Assembly: GCA_017307165.1 (NCBI GenBank)
Contig: JAFKGK010000013.1
Span: 14,520-78,519, forward strand
Direction: 5' to 3'
DNA: 64,000 nucleotides
DNA from: Candidatus Melainabacteria bacterium
GTDB taxonomy: Bacteria > Cyanobacteriota > Vampirovibrionia > Obscuribacterales > Obscuribacteraceae
Under the pieces are notes generated by a model. That model did not search any database. It worked only from the letters and a program-made list of their open reading frames with translations, and had not been told where the DNA came from. Of the stretch, positions 10,592-20,396 are shown piece after piece (position 1 is the first letter of the stretch; the number at the start of each line of letters is the position of its first letter). The position numbers and the translations under genes were made by a program.

Positions 10592-11131
10592 ATGCTGTGT
10601 CCCGACTGCAATCAGCTGTCCTTGAGCATCCTCAAGGGCACATGCGCGGAATGCGGCGGCGATACTGTCTCCGACGATCACATTTACTGCGATCAATGCA
10701 GTTTGGACCAGGACGCGTGCCAGGTCTGCGGAGATGAACTGGGCATCCATGCTGCTCAGGCCGCCGTCGCCACTCCCGGCGTCTTCATGGTGCGCAAGTT
10801 TATGAGCGACAACGGCTCGACGATCAAACTCAAGGTGGGCGACGAGCTGCACCTCGAGCTCGATGTCTCCAACGGTTACACATACCATTGGGTCAACGAG
10901 CGCAAGAACGATCGTGCCGTCGTCGACTTTCAGGCTGCGCAGCCGTTCGTTGCCGCCCAGGGCAACAATCAAAACAACTGGGGCAAGGGTACGCAGACCC
11001 TGGTCTTCAAGGCCACGGGAGTCGGCACGACCACTCTCGAGCTCAAAGAAGACGTCAACCGTTCCAACTTCTGGGGCGGTGGCAGCGGACCTTCCGGCGT
11101 CACCTGGTCGGCAACGATCCAGGTGAAGTAA
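10592..11131 (+). CDS. Zinc-ribbon (4x CxxC) fused to a chagasin-like (inhibitor I42-like) beta-sandwich domain
   Basis: It starts 16 bp after the previous stop. The N-terminus has CPDC..CAEC..CDQC..CQVC. The C-terminal half resembles chagasin-family motifs (KVGDELHLELDVSNGYTYHW; FKATGVGTTTLEL; VTWSATIQVK). The family call rests on motif resemblance only. Confidence 0.5.
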   Translation: MLCPDCNQLSLSILKGTCAECGGDTVSDDHIYCDQCSLDQDACQVCGDELGIHAAQAAVATPGVFMVRKFMSDNGSTIKLKVGDELHLELDVSNGYTYHWVNERKNDRAVVDFQAAQPFVAAQGNNQNNWGKGTQTLVFKATGVGTTTLELKEDVNRSNFWGGGSGPSGVTWSATIQVK

Positions 11132-11229
11132 CCGGATCAGAGAGTCGCTGGAAGGAAGCAAAGCTCGCAAGAGACAAGCTTCCTTCCAGCCGACTCTTCT
11201 TTTTAACCGCATCTATTCATTCATATAGT

Positions 11230-13140
11230 TGTTAAGAGTATTTTCTGATTGGTTTTGGCCCAGGTGCTCGTGTTAAACGATAAACTCTGCAGCTCAATAA
11301 GGCAGTTTTTGTCTCGAAATAGCTAAAATGCGTCATTCTGAGCATGCGGAAGCTAAGCCTTAACCTGACACTAAGTCTTGTAGAGTAGTTAGAGACTGGA
11401 TTCGCTGAAAGTTTGCAGATTAGAGATTCAACCAGGCCGTTAGAAACTCTCGCTGATATGGTGACTCAGAAGCTAGATGGAGTGCCACTTCTTTGGCCTT
11501 CTCCTTGACCAACACGCCAATTTTCAGAAAGCATAGTCTGAACGTTTCAACCGTCATCATCCTGAGCCTAGCTCGCTTTTGAACAGTTTTGATCAAAATG
11601 TAGGCAAACACGTGTAGGAATAATCGGAACTGGTTTGCCTCAAATTCCTGGCAGCTGGTGCGGCCAGAAGCTAGATAGAGCTTTAGATCTTTAATCCAAT
11701 TTTCGCATTGGGCACGGCTGCAGTACTTGTCTTCGTAGATTTTTCGAGCAGACATGGTTGTTGCATTAGTCACCACAAACCTAGTATCTGGGCCTTTTCT
11801 GCTGACCTCAGCTTTGAATATTACTCTGCGCTCTGATCGCCACTCTCGAGCTCTGTAGCTAAATTCGGCATACTTCTTAACTGAATAGACACTCTCGTGC
11901 ATCTCTTGAACGCGGCCCGCCAACTTAGAACCAAACCTTTTTTTCTCCTCCAATTGTCGCCAAGCAATTTTTCGATCTCCTGGAGATACCATCGTGGCGT
12001 ACTTTTTCAGCGCCGGACTTTCATAACCAAATTCATCAAATTCACGTTTGCATTGAAGAACTGTACTCTCCGCATGATATGCATAACCCGCATGGCCAGC
12101 GGCTGATACAAAGTAAGTGATGCCAGAGTCTTCCAGAAAGTTAAAAAGCTCTGAGCTCGCAAACGCTGCGTCAGCCTTCAATTCGATACGAACATTAGGC
12201 CAAGATAGCCTCAGCTCCCGAAAAAGTTGTTTTAACATTCTAATCGCATCGTCAATAGGGTTGGGGTTTCCCGGCCTCAGTAATGCGCACAGTGGAAACC
12301 CAGATTGATCAAAAATGAACAGCGGAGCATAACAAAACGCTTGATAATAGCCATTGTAGAAGGATAATTGTTGCGTGCCATAAGTTTCATCGCAAGTTGT
12401 GTCCATCGACAAATGTACTACCTTGGGCACTTTCTTAAATTGCTTCACATACAGATGAACAAGCAATCTCTGTAAAGCTGCATTTGTTGTGGCATCTACG
12501 CTGTTTTCAAAACGAGACAAGCTCGGCTGCGATGCTAAATGCTGCCCAGAGTCTGGATTCTGGCCAGCAGCGAGCATGTGCATCGCATCTCTTCTGAGTA
12601 AACCTGCATCGTTGCAATCCTCATATCCAGAGGCTATTGCGTAAATTCTTTGCTGCAGCATCTCAACGATTGAATGCTGAACGTACTCAGGGCGCCGCTT
12701 GTCACCAATGGCGCAAGATGCGAGGCCTGTTAAGCCCAGGCGCTCATCGGCTTTTCGCAAAAGTAGGAGACCGCCATCGCTGCAAACTGAGCCCCCATCA
12801 AAGTTAGCCTTCACTCGCTTTAAACCTGGCAAATCTAGCTGCATTTGGCCTTGCGAACTAAAATTGATCTGTTTAGACTGTGTCATATCAAAAGCCCTTT
12901 CTTTTGCTCTTTCTGGTGTGTGGTAACTTCAGATTCTGAGCCAAATGACAGGGCTTTTGTGCGTTTTTCTAGATTACTTTGGTATCACTCCCATGAATAA
13001 TGCAGGTTAATTCCTTCTGCTACTTCATACAGTATAAATCTGGTTTGTGTTATTTGGCTTGCCTTGGTTACTGGCTAATGATTTGTGATGGAGGCAGACA
13101 GACCAAAAAGGTCAATGAGCAGAGCAAACTAAGAGCTAAT
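11230..13140 (-). mobile_element. IS1380-family insertion sequence (boundaries approximate; terminal inverted repeats not resolved by eye)
   Basis: A low-GC block surrounds the transposase gene, and a sharp compositional transition occurs on both sides. Typical IS1380 elements are about 1.7-2 kb. Confidence 0.35.
11420..12886 (-). CDS. IS1380-family DDE transposase
   Basis: A 488-aa protein. Its N-terminus (FDGGSVCSDGGLLLLRKADERLGLTG) is characteristic of IS1380-family transposases. Its local GC content (about 45%) is far below that of flanking genes. Confidence 0.8.
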   Translation of the reverse strand: MTQSKQINFSSQGQMQLDLPGLKRVKANFDGGSVCSDGGLLLLRKADERLGLTGLASCAIGDKRRPEYVQHSIVEMLQQRIYAIASGYEDCNDAGLLRRDAMHMLAAGQNPDSGQHLASQPSLSRFENSVDATTNAALQRLLVHLYVKQFKKVPKVVHLSMDTTCDETYGTQQLSFYNGYYQAFCYAPLFIFDQSGFPLCALLRPGNPNPIDDAIRMLKQLFRELRLSWPNVRIELKADAAFASSELFNFLEDSGITYFVSAAGHAGYAYHAESTVLQCKREFDEFGYESPALKKYATMVSPGDRKIAWRQLEEKKRFGSKLAGRVQEMHESVYSVKKYAEFSYRAREWRSERRVIFKAEVSRKGPDTRFVVTNATTMSARKIYEDKYCSRAQCENWIKDLKLYLASGRTSCQEFEANQFRLFLHVFAYILIKTVQKRARLRMMTVETFRLCFLKIGVLVKEKAKEVALHLASESPYQREFLTAWLNL

Positions 13141-13855
13141 AATGAGTCTCTGTGCTCGTTTTGGTAGCACGGATAGAAACTACCACTCAACAATCAACCT
13201 TCCCTTCTATGCCTTTTAGAGCGAGTATGACGGCAAGCAACAAGCTCTTCGCGGGCATGCAGATCACTCACCAAAAATTCGGAAAATTCTTCTGTTATTT
13301 CAGCCGCGCTAATCACATTTGCCTCACGATCAAGCCAAAAATGAGTAGGCATTAATCAAGCGTTCAGAGTAAAAATGCCCACAAATAGGGCTTTTCAAGG
13401 TAGCGCTAGTCTGCGCTAGCAATTGTCAAGATTGTAAAGCGCACAAAAGAAAGGCTTTCTGAAGATCTCCTGGCACGAATGTTAAGAGCCTTTCTTTTTA
13501 GACCTGATAGTGACGGTGAAAGAGTCTTTAAGATTCAAGAAACAGTATGTGATCTCTTTAAGCACTTAGATCTTTGATCTATACAGGCCTTTTCTATATC
13601 TTGAAGTCATATTTTCTCTTTAGAAATCAAAGGCTTCATAAGAAACAAAGACAAAGCCCACCAGCGCAGACGAGCAGTCCATCCACCATCTCTTTCACAA
13701 AGAGTGATCTGGACCGGACCGCTTGTTGATCGCCATGCGGCAGTGCACTGAGTAAACCTTTGATCCGGTCTAGAAGCGCGTATTGCTGCGCTTCACACAA
13801 GCGCAAGCATTGTCTTTCAAACCAGACGAACCGTTCATCGGTTAGGAGGTAAAGC

Positions 13856-14914
13856 ATGACTCTCAACTTTCTGAATCCGTATCTGCTCTTGCTCGTGCCC
13901 GCAGCCCTGGCGATCCTCGTCTTTGCTGCTCGGCGACGCAAGGCTTTCGGCCACACGCAGGTGAGCACGCAAAAAAATCTGCGCTCGCTCTCCATCGTGG
14001 GCAAGTTGCCCATCGTTTTCTTTGGTGCCTTCATCGCCCTGCTCTTGATCGCACTCGCGCGCCCTGTCGTGCCCGAGACGTCGACGACGCAGGTCAAGGA
14101 GACACGCGACTTTGTCATCGCCGTGGACATTTCCGGTTCGATGACGACGGCGATCTCGGATCCCAACCAGCTCGCGATCGCGGACACGGCAGACCAAAAG
14201 CCAGCCGATCCGAACAGCCCGGCCGACGGCACGACGACGGATGCCTCCGGCAACGTCAAGAAGCCCGATCCGACCAGGTTGCGCGTGGCTCAAAAGGCCA
14301 TCGATCTCTTTGTGCCTCAGCGTGAAGGCGATCGCGTCGGACTGCTGATGTTCGACGACGAAGCTTACTACGCGTGGCCCCTGTCTGCGGATCTCCAATT
14401 GATCCTCAAGCGCAATCGCCGCACGGCCGGCTACTCGGGCGGTGGCACCAACTTCGATGGCCCGGATGGCTCGTCCTATTCCAAGATGGGCCCGATCCAG
14501 GCTGCGATCAATCACTTTCAGGAGGTGAGCCAGGCCAAGACCAAGGTCTTGATCATGGTCACCGACGGCGAGTCGAACATTTCGGAAGCCCGTTTCAACG
14601 AGCTTCTCGATCAGCTCAAGAAAGCCAACATCCGTGTCTACACACTGGGTGTCGGCGAGGGCTGGGTCGGCGCGTCGAGCCAGACGACGGACCTGCGTCG
14701 CCTTACCGAGAGTTCGGGAGGCAAGGTCATGGTGGTCGGCGATGCATCGCAGATGAAGGCCGGCTTCGACGAGATCAACGCCATGGAAAAGTCAAAGGTC
14801 GAGACGCAAGTCTCGGTCACTCACCGCGACGTCTTCCAGGTGTTTCTCTACGCAGCCATTGCCTTCGGCATTCTGTATCTTCTTTCGGCCGCCTTTGTCC
14901 GGGAGGACATCTAA
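13856..14914 (+). CDS. vWA-domain membrane protein (BatA-like)
   Basis: It has an N-terminal TM segment, a MIDAS motif (VIAVDISGSM) and a C-terminal TM segment. An RBS (ggaggtaaagc) precedes the ATG. Confidence 0.7.
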   Translation: MTLNFLNPYLLLLVPAALAILVFAARRRKAFGHTQVSTQKNLRSLSIVGKLPIVFFGAFIALLLIALARPVVPETSTTQVKETRDFVIAVDISGSMTTAISDPNQLAIADTADQKPADPNSPADGTTTDASGNVKKPDPTRLRVAQKAIDLFVPQREGDRVGLLMFDDEAYYAWPLSADLQLILKRNRRTAGYSGGGTNFDGPDGSSYSKMGPIQAAINHFQEVSQAKTKVLIMVTDGESNISEARFNELLDQLKKANIRVYTLGVGEGWVGASSQTTDLRRLTESSGGKVMVVGDASQMKAGFDEINAMEKSKVETQVSVTHRDVFQVFLYAAIAFGILYLLSAAFVREDI

Positions 14915-14939
14915 ACCTAACCTCGCGAGGTAAAAAGCT

Positions 14940-15533
14940 ATGGAACGTAAAACCACACTCCGCAAGCGGGTGGTGGTGATCCTGACCGTACTCGTCGGTA
15001 TCGCCTCCATCGCCTTTGGTCTGCATCTCTACTCCTGGCGCGACGCTCAGGTCGAGTTCTACAACCGTGGACTCGTCGCCTATCGCACCGGTGATGTGCA
15101 GCAGGCCATCAAGTTCTTTGACCAGAGCTTGTCCGTCTACAAGAGCCGCGTCAATCGCGAGGGCTGGCAGGAGCGCGTGCTCTACCCTGCTCCCGATCGC
15201 GGCATGGCGGCTCAGGCTGCCTTCCACAAAGCCAAGGCGCTGCTCTACGCACGCCAGGCCAAGCCTGCCGTGCAGGCCTTTCAGGAGTCGCTCGAGCTCA
15301 ATCCCGGCAACCTCTATCAGGGTCGGGGACTGAGTCAACGTGAAGTCCTGGAAGCCGAAGAGACGGCCAAGATCGTCAAGTACGATCTCGAGCTGCTCTT
15401 TAAGAACGACCCGAGCCAGGCCCAGCAGCAAGGCAAGGGCAAGGGTCAGGGCAAGCCCGATCCCAACGGCAAGCCCGTACCATCCGACGATCCCGGCAAG
15501 CAGCCCGGCAAGGGCAACCGCGACGCGATCTAA
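14940..15533 (+). CDS. TPR-repeat membrane protein (BatC-like) with K/G/P-rich tail
   Basis: It has an N-terminal TM segment, TPR-like helices (AYRTGDVQQAIKFFDQSL...AFHKAKALLYARQAKPAVQAFQESLELNPGN) and a (GKGKGQGKPDPNGKP) tail. Confidence 0.6.
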   Translation: MERKTTLRKRVVVILTVLVGIASIAFGLHLYSWRDAQVEFYNRGLVAYRTGDVQQAIKFFDQSLSVYKSRVNREGWQERVLYPAPDRGMAAQAAFHKAKALLYARQAKPAVQAFQESLELNPGNLYQGRGLSQREVLEAEETAKIVKYDLELLFKNDPSQAQQQGKGKGQGKPDPNGKPVPSDDPGKQPGKGNRDAI

Positions 15534-15561
15534 GACAAACCTCTGATGAGGAGTAACTCTT

Positions 15562-16659
15562 ATGACTGGAATTAGCACTCTGCAATTCCTGCGTCCGGAC
15601 ACGCTCTGGAGCCTGGCCGTGATACTGCCACTGGTGGCGGTACTCACCTGGGTCTCCTATAGGGAGCGGAGGAAGGCACGTCAGGAATGGGGCGAAGAAA
15701 AGCTCATCGAGCGGTTTTCCAAGCCCTTCAACCCCATCGTCGAGGGCGCCAAGGCACTCGGCTGGCTGGTATCGGTGGCGCTCGTCGTCATCGCGGCCAG
15801 CGGCCCCGTGCTTGAGGACGCCCCCGTCAAAGTCCCCGAAGGGAGCATGTCGCTCATCTCCGTCGTGGACGTGTCCAACAGCATGGCGGCAGAAGACTAC
15901 CGCGCTGCCATGCCTGACAAGGTCTTGCCCGACGGCACCAAGGTCCCGCCCATGCAAGTGGTCGGTCCTTATGGCAGCCGTCTGGATATGACCAAATACG
16001 TCATCCAGACGCAGGTGATGCCGACTCTCGAACGCATCAAGATCGGTCTCGTCAACTACACCGGCCAGGGTTTTATCCAGGCCGATCTGACCGACGACTA
16101 CACCGCACTCACCTGGGTGATGGATCACTGGATGCGCATCAACCAGGCACCTGGTGGCGGTTCGGACTACGCCGAAGGCCTCAAGACGGCTCTCGAAATG
16201 TTCAAAGGCGAACCCAAATCGGATAAGCAGAAGGTCATCCTGCTGTTTACCGACGGAGGGTTTACCGGCGATGACGAGGCTCTGACCAAGGTCATCGACG
16301 ACATCCGCGCCGAAGGAATCCGCATCATCGTCGTGGGCATCGGATCGGCAAGTCCGGTCACGATCCCCCTGTATAGCTCGCAAGGGCAGGTCACAGGTTA
16401 TCTCGAAAAGGACGGACAGGTCGTCACCACCGGCATCAACGAGGCCGCCCTGCAGGGTCTGGTATCGCTCACCGGCGGTGAATACATCCGTCTCGACCCC
16501 AACAACCCCAAGGTCCATATCGAGTGGGCCAAGGCACTCGGGGGCACCAAGACCGAAAAGCACCAGGACCAGGTCTTTCAGTATCCGCTCGCTGCTGCGG
16601 CGGTGATCATCGGACTGATCCTGCTTGCGGGCCTCTTCAAGGCTCGGCGCTCGCGCTGA
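15562..16659 (+). CDS. vWA-domain membrane protein (BatB-like)
   Basis: It has N- and C-terminal TM segments and a MIDAS motif (SVVDVSNSMAAEDY). An RBS (gaggag) precedes the ATG. Confidence 0.7.
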   Translation: MTGISTLQFLRPDTLWSLAVILPLVAVLTWVSYRERRKARQEWGEEKLIERFSKPFNPIVEGAKALGWLVSVALVVIAASGPVLEDAPVKVPEGSMSLISVVDVSNSMAAEDYRAAMPDKVLPDGTKVPPMQVVGPYGSRLDMTKYVIQTQVMPTLERIKIGLVNYTGQGFIQADLTDDYTALTWVMDHWMRINQAPGGGSDYAEGLKTALEMFKGEPKSDKQKVILLFTDGGFTGDDEALTKVIDDIRAEGIRIIVVGIGSASPVTIPLYSSQGQVTGYLEKDGQVVTTGINEAALQGLVSLTGGEYIRLDPNNPKVHIEWAKALGGTKTEKHQDQVFQYPLAAAAVIIGLILLAGLFKARRSR

Positions 16660-16712
16660 GGCGTTTTCTTTACTAGACCACCTTTCCTCCAAGATCCACC
16701 ATCCCAGGCTCA

Positions 16713-17741
16713 ATGCCTGCAAACGTCAACCGGAGAATTATCATGCACACGATCAAGCACTCTGTTTACGGTGAGATGTTCAACCAGGTCCGTGGCGTCG
16801 TCGTCGGCTATGACGAGATCATCGCCCTCTGCATCCGCGGCCTGCTCACCGGCAACCACATCCTCCTCACCTCTCTGCCCGGCCTGGCCAAGACCACGCT
16901 GGCCAACACTCTGGGCGCCACCATCGAGAGCGCCAAGTGCGGCCGCATCCAGATGCTGCCGGACACGCAGCCCTCCGACGTCGTCGGCGGCCTGGTGTTC
17001 AACATGAAGTCCGGCGAATACCAGCCGGCCCTCGGCCCGATCCACGGCTCCAACATCTTCCTCGCGGACGAAGTCAACCGTACTGGCCCCAAGACCAACG
17101 CCGCCATGCTGCAGGCCATGCAGGAAGGGCGTGTCACCATCGGCGACACCACCTATCCGATGGAAAAGGTCTTCATGGTCATCGCCACGCGCAACCCCGT
17201 CGAGCAGGAAGGCACCTACGACCTGCCCGAGGCCATGATCGACCGTTTCCAGGCCGAAGCCAACCTGCCGTACGTCAGCGCTGACGACGAGTTTGGCATC
17301 CTCAGCAACATCGCCGTCCACAAGGGCGACCCGTCCAAGCTGGTCAAGAAAGTCGTCACCCTCGACCAGATCCTGACCGACCGGGCGGCCATCCAGGCGA
17401 TCGCTGCGGCCTCGTCCGAACAGCTCAAGCGCTACATCGTGGCGCTCGTGCGTGCCACCCGTCCGGGCCTCGACGAGTTCAAGCGCGTCAAGGACAAGGA
17501 CAACAACGGCTTCGAGAACAAGGTCGCTGTCGGCGCTTCGCCGCGTGCGCAGATCAACCTGCTCCACGCTGCTTCCGCCGCGGCCTTCCTCGCCGGCCGT
17601 GACGCCGTCACTCCCGACGACGTCAAATACGTCGCCCGCGACATCCTGCGTGCCCGCATCGCCAAGAAGGAAGCGGCCCAGGGCAAGTTCAACGTCGACG
17701 ACTTCGTCACCGCCATCCTCAACTCGACGCCGATCCTGTAA
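16713..17741 (+). CDS. MoxR-family AAA+ ATPase
   Basis: It has a Walker A (LPGLAKTT) and the MoxR signature (ADEVNRTGPKTNAAMLQAMQEGRVTIGDTTY..VIATRNPVEQEGTYDLPEAMIDRF). An alternative start at M11 (16743) is possible. Confidence 0.85.
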   Translation: MPANVNRRIIMHTIKHSVYGEMFNQVRGVVVGYDEIIALCIRGLLTGNHILLTSLPGLAKTTLANTLGATIESAKCGRIQMLPDTQPSDVVGGLVFNMKSGEYQPALGPIHGSNIFLADEVNRTGPKTNAAMLQAMQEGRVTIGDTTYPMEKVFMVIATRNPVEQEGTYDLPEAMIDRFQAEANLPYVSADDEFGILSNIAVHKGDPSKLVKKVVTLDQILTDRAAIQAIAAASSEQLKRYIVALVRATRPGLDEFKRVKDKDNNGFENKVAVGASPRAQINLLHAASAAAFLAGRDAVTPDDVKYVARDILRARIAKKEAAQGKFNVDDFVTAILNSTPIL

Positions 17742-17834
17742 ATCGATCTCGCCCGATCTGCCGGGAGCCTCCTCGCGAGAGCGCCCGGCGGATAGCGTGA
17801 TCGGTTCGGGTGTTTCGACAAGGAGCACTAGCAT

Positions 17835-18842
17835 ATGAACAAAGAAACCTATGTTCAGGAACTGATCTCGTCGGTCGAGGAAAGGGCCATCAACAGCCCC
17901 GTCTCGGTAAACTGGCGTTCGGGTCAGGCCATGGTCGGAGCGGGCGAGCGCAACAGCCGTAGCCGTGGTTTTAACGGTTACGACCTGTACTCGGTCCGCG
18001 AATACCAGTACGGCGACGACGTGCGCAAGATCGACTGGGCTGCCACCGCAAGGACCGGCGGCCAGAAGGTCTTCGTGAGTCAGTTCTACGAACCCCGCGA
18101 AGTCAAATTCTTTATCCTGGTCGACTCCAAGCTGACCATGGATTACGGCACCGCCCGCACCACCAAGCGCATGCTCGCTGCGGAACTGGCCTGCTCGATC
18201 TTGAAGTCGGCTCGCAAGACCAACGACAAGGTCGGCTACATCGTCTACGACGAAAAGGGCATCCAGGCTCGCTCGAGCCGTGCCAAGTTTGTCCAGGGCG
18301 TGCAGCAGGAAGCCCTCCGTTCGATCGTCGAGCCTGGCGTCGCGCATCTTTTTCCACAGGAAAAGGCAGCCGATGGCCTGATCGACGAAGAAGCCTATGA
18401 CAGTGCGGGCAACCGCATGTCTGGTCTGCAGCAGGCTCTTGCCTATGTGCGCCGGCAGAGTCGCTCGCTGGTCTTTGTTATCTCGGATTTTATCGATCTC
18501 ACCGAGGTCGAAAAAGAAGAGCTCGAATACACGGCCGGCAAGCACGAGCTGATCGCCATGTATGTCCAGGATCGGCGCGAGCGCGAGCTCCCGCACACCT
18601 GGGGCATCTACATGCTCGAGGATATCCGCAAGGGTAACCGCAAGGCGATCTGGCTGCCGCCCAAGTGGTGGCCGCGCGTGGCAAATCGTGGCGTGCGCGA
18701 AACGTACGCCGACAACTTTGCCGCACGGCGAGCTGCGCTCACCGATTTCTTCAAAAATGTCGGCATCCGTTGGGAAGAGTTTTCCACGGAGGAAGGCGTG
18801 GCAGCCCAGCCGAAGCTCACGGCGCTCTTTGAGCGCCGCTGA
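17835..18842 (+). CDS. DUF58-domain protein (MoxR-associated vWA-like)
   Basis: It has the DUF58 block (YQYGDDVRKIDWAATARTGGQKVFVSQFYEPREVKFFILVD) immediately downstream of moxR. Confidence 0.75.
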   Translation: MNKETYVQELISSVEERAINSPVSVNWRSGQAMVGAGERNSRSRGFNGYDLYSVREYQYGDDVRKIDWAATARTGGQKVFVSQFYEPREVKFFILVDSKLTMDYGTARTTKRMLAAELACSILKSARKTNDKVGYIVYDEKGIQARSSRAKFVQGVQQEALRSIVEPGVAHLFPQEKAADGLIDEEAYDSAGNRMSGLQQALAYVRRQSRSLVFVISDFIDLTEVEKEELEYTAGKHELIAMYVQDRRERELPHTWGIYMLEDIRKGNRKAIWLPPKWWPRVANRGVRETYADNFAARRAALTDFFKNVGIRWEEFSTEEGVAAQPKLTALFERR

Positions 18843-18870
18843 GGTCAACACAACCTCAAGGAGTCATACG

Positions 18871-20145
18871 ATGTATATGAAATATTTCAGGACTACCCTG
18901 CTGGCCGTGCTGACCTGTGCGTCGGCTCAGGTCGCCATGGCCCAGGTCCCCACCACCCCGGTGCCATCGCCGGTGCAGATCACCACCGACGGTGCCCAGA
19001 ACAAGACCCAGGCGCAGGCTGTCCCTCAGGACCCCTGCACCACGGTCACTGGCGCCATCGATGGTGCCACTCAGGATCCCAACACCAGCTACGGCTACTG
19101 GGGCGAAGGCAGCTACTATGGCGAGCCCAAGCAGGATCCCAAGCCCAAGAACCCCACCTCCAAGGTTTGCGCCATGGGCAAGGTGCAGGTGGTCGTCGGT
19201 ATCACTCCGACGGACACCCGCGGCAACCCCGAGGCGCATCGCCACTTCGGGCACTTCATCATGGATCGGATCCCGATCACTGTGGTGCTGAGCCTGGACC
19301 CGTCGGTGGTCGTCGACTTTACCTCGCTCGAAAAGCAGCGCGTGGTCGGCTTTGCCGGCTCCGAGTTTGAGCTGGCCAAGCAGGCTCCGGGCGAGACGCC
19401 GGCGGTGCAGATCACCGGCCCGATGGTCGACAAGACTGGCCGCAAGGTCTACAAGATCGACCTGATCGTGCAGTCGATGGTCTACAAGCCGACCATCATC
19501 TTTAACCTCGATCTGCGCTACGCAACCGACAAGCTGCCCGACGGCTCCGGTTATGCCTGGCACACCATCACCACACCCGACTTTGTCATCAGCCGCACCA
19601 ATATCGTCGACAACGGCGAGGAGCTGCTCGAAGGCGATCTGTCGGCAAAGGGCATGCGCCTTTCGTGGATGACGGTCACTGCCTTCGCTGCCGGCACCTT
19701 CCTCGTGCTCATCTTTCCCGGCCTCTGGCTGGTAAAGTGGCTGTCGCGTCAGGTCCCGCGCCCGGCTCCGTCGCCGGAACGCGTCGCCTGGAAGTCCATC
19801 GAGTCGCACTACAAGAGCGGCAAGAAGGACGGCTTCAAGCGCAAAAACCTCAAGGCGATGGCACACGCCCTGCGTCGCTACCTCGCCACCACGGCAGACT
19901 ACCCGCAGCTGGCCGCCCTCACCTTCATGGAGATGGAGGCACGCTTTGCCGAGGTCGAGACCTTCCCGCTCGTCAGGCAGACGCTCGAACTCCTCGAGCG
20001 CGACGTCTTTGCGAGCGTGGATCTGGACGACGCCGAGGCAGTTGCCGCCACCATGGACAGTGCCACCAGCCTGACCGCCGAAGAGCTGCAAAAGGCCTTC
20101 GACGGCATCGAGGCCCTGGTGCCGCGTCCCTGGGACAGCAAGTAA
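18871..20145 (+). CDS. BatD-like secreted protein with C-terminal membrane anchor
   Basis: An ATG at 18871 follows an aaggag RBS; the track ORF from 18562 overlaps the DUF58 gene and is an over-extension. It has a signal peptide (MYMKYFRTTLLAVLTCASAQVAMAQ) and a C-terminal TM segment (WMTVTAFAAGTFLVLIFPGLWLV). Confidence 0.55.
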   Translation: MYMKYFRTTLLAVLTCASAQVAMAQVPTTPVPSPVQITTDGAQNKTQAQAVPQDPCTTVTGAIDGATQDPNTSYGYWGEGSYYGEPKQDPKPKNPTSKVCAMGKVQVVVGITPTDTRGNPEAHRHFGHFIMDRIPITVVLSLDPSVVVDFTSLEKQRVVGFAGSEFELAKQAPGETPAVQITGPMVDKTGRKVYKIDLIVQSMVYKPTIIFNLDLRYATDKLPDGSGYAWHTITTPDFVISRTNIVDNGEELLEGDLSAKGMRLSWMTVTAFAAGTFLVLIFPGLWLVKWLSRQVPRPAPSPERVAWKSIESHYKSGKKDGFKRKNLKAMAHALRRYLATTADYPQLAALTFMEMEARFAEVETFPLVRQTLELLERDVFASVDLDDAEAVAATMDSATSLTAEELQKAFDGIEALVPRPWDSK

Positions 20146-20396
20146 GGGTCTCAACCCAGTCCGATAAGCCGGGCCCCCGAGCCTTAAAAACGCCGGTATC
20201 GACAGCGCGCCTAAGCCACTGTCGGTGCCGGCGTCGGCGCATTCTTTGAACAAAACGGAGACACGTATCACACGGACCAACTCCGCATCACGCATAGCTA
20301 ACCTTAACGAAAGCGCCAGAGCCTTCTCCTTGCGACACAAGCAATCGTGTCCCACGGAGAGGGCTTTGGCGCTTCTTTCCATGAAAGAGAAATGCC

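Noticed and set aside
18562-18870. 5' extension of the track ORF 18562..20145 overlapping the DUF58 gene
   Set aside because: It is an in-frame read-through in a different frame from the DUF58 gene. The RBS-supported ATG at 18871 gives a proper signal peptide.
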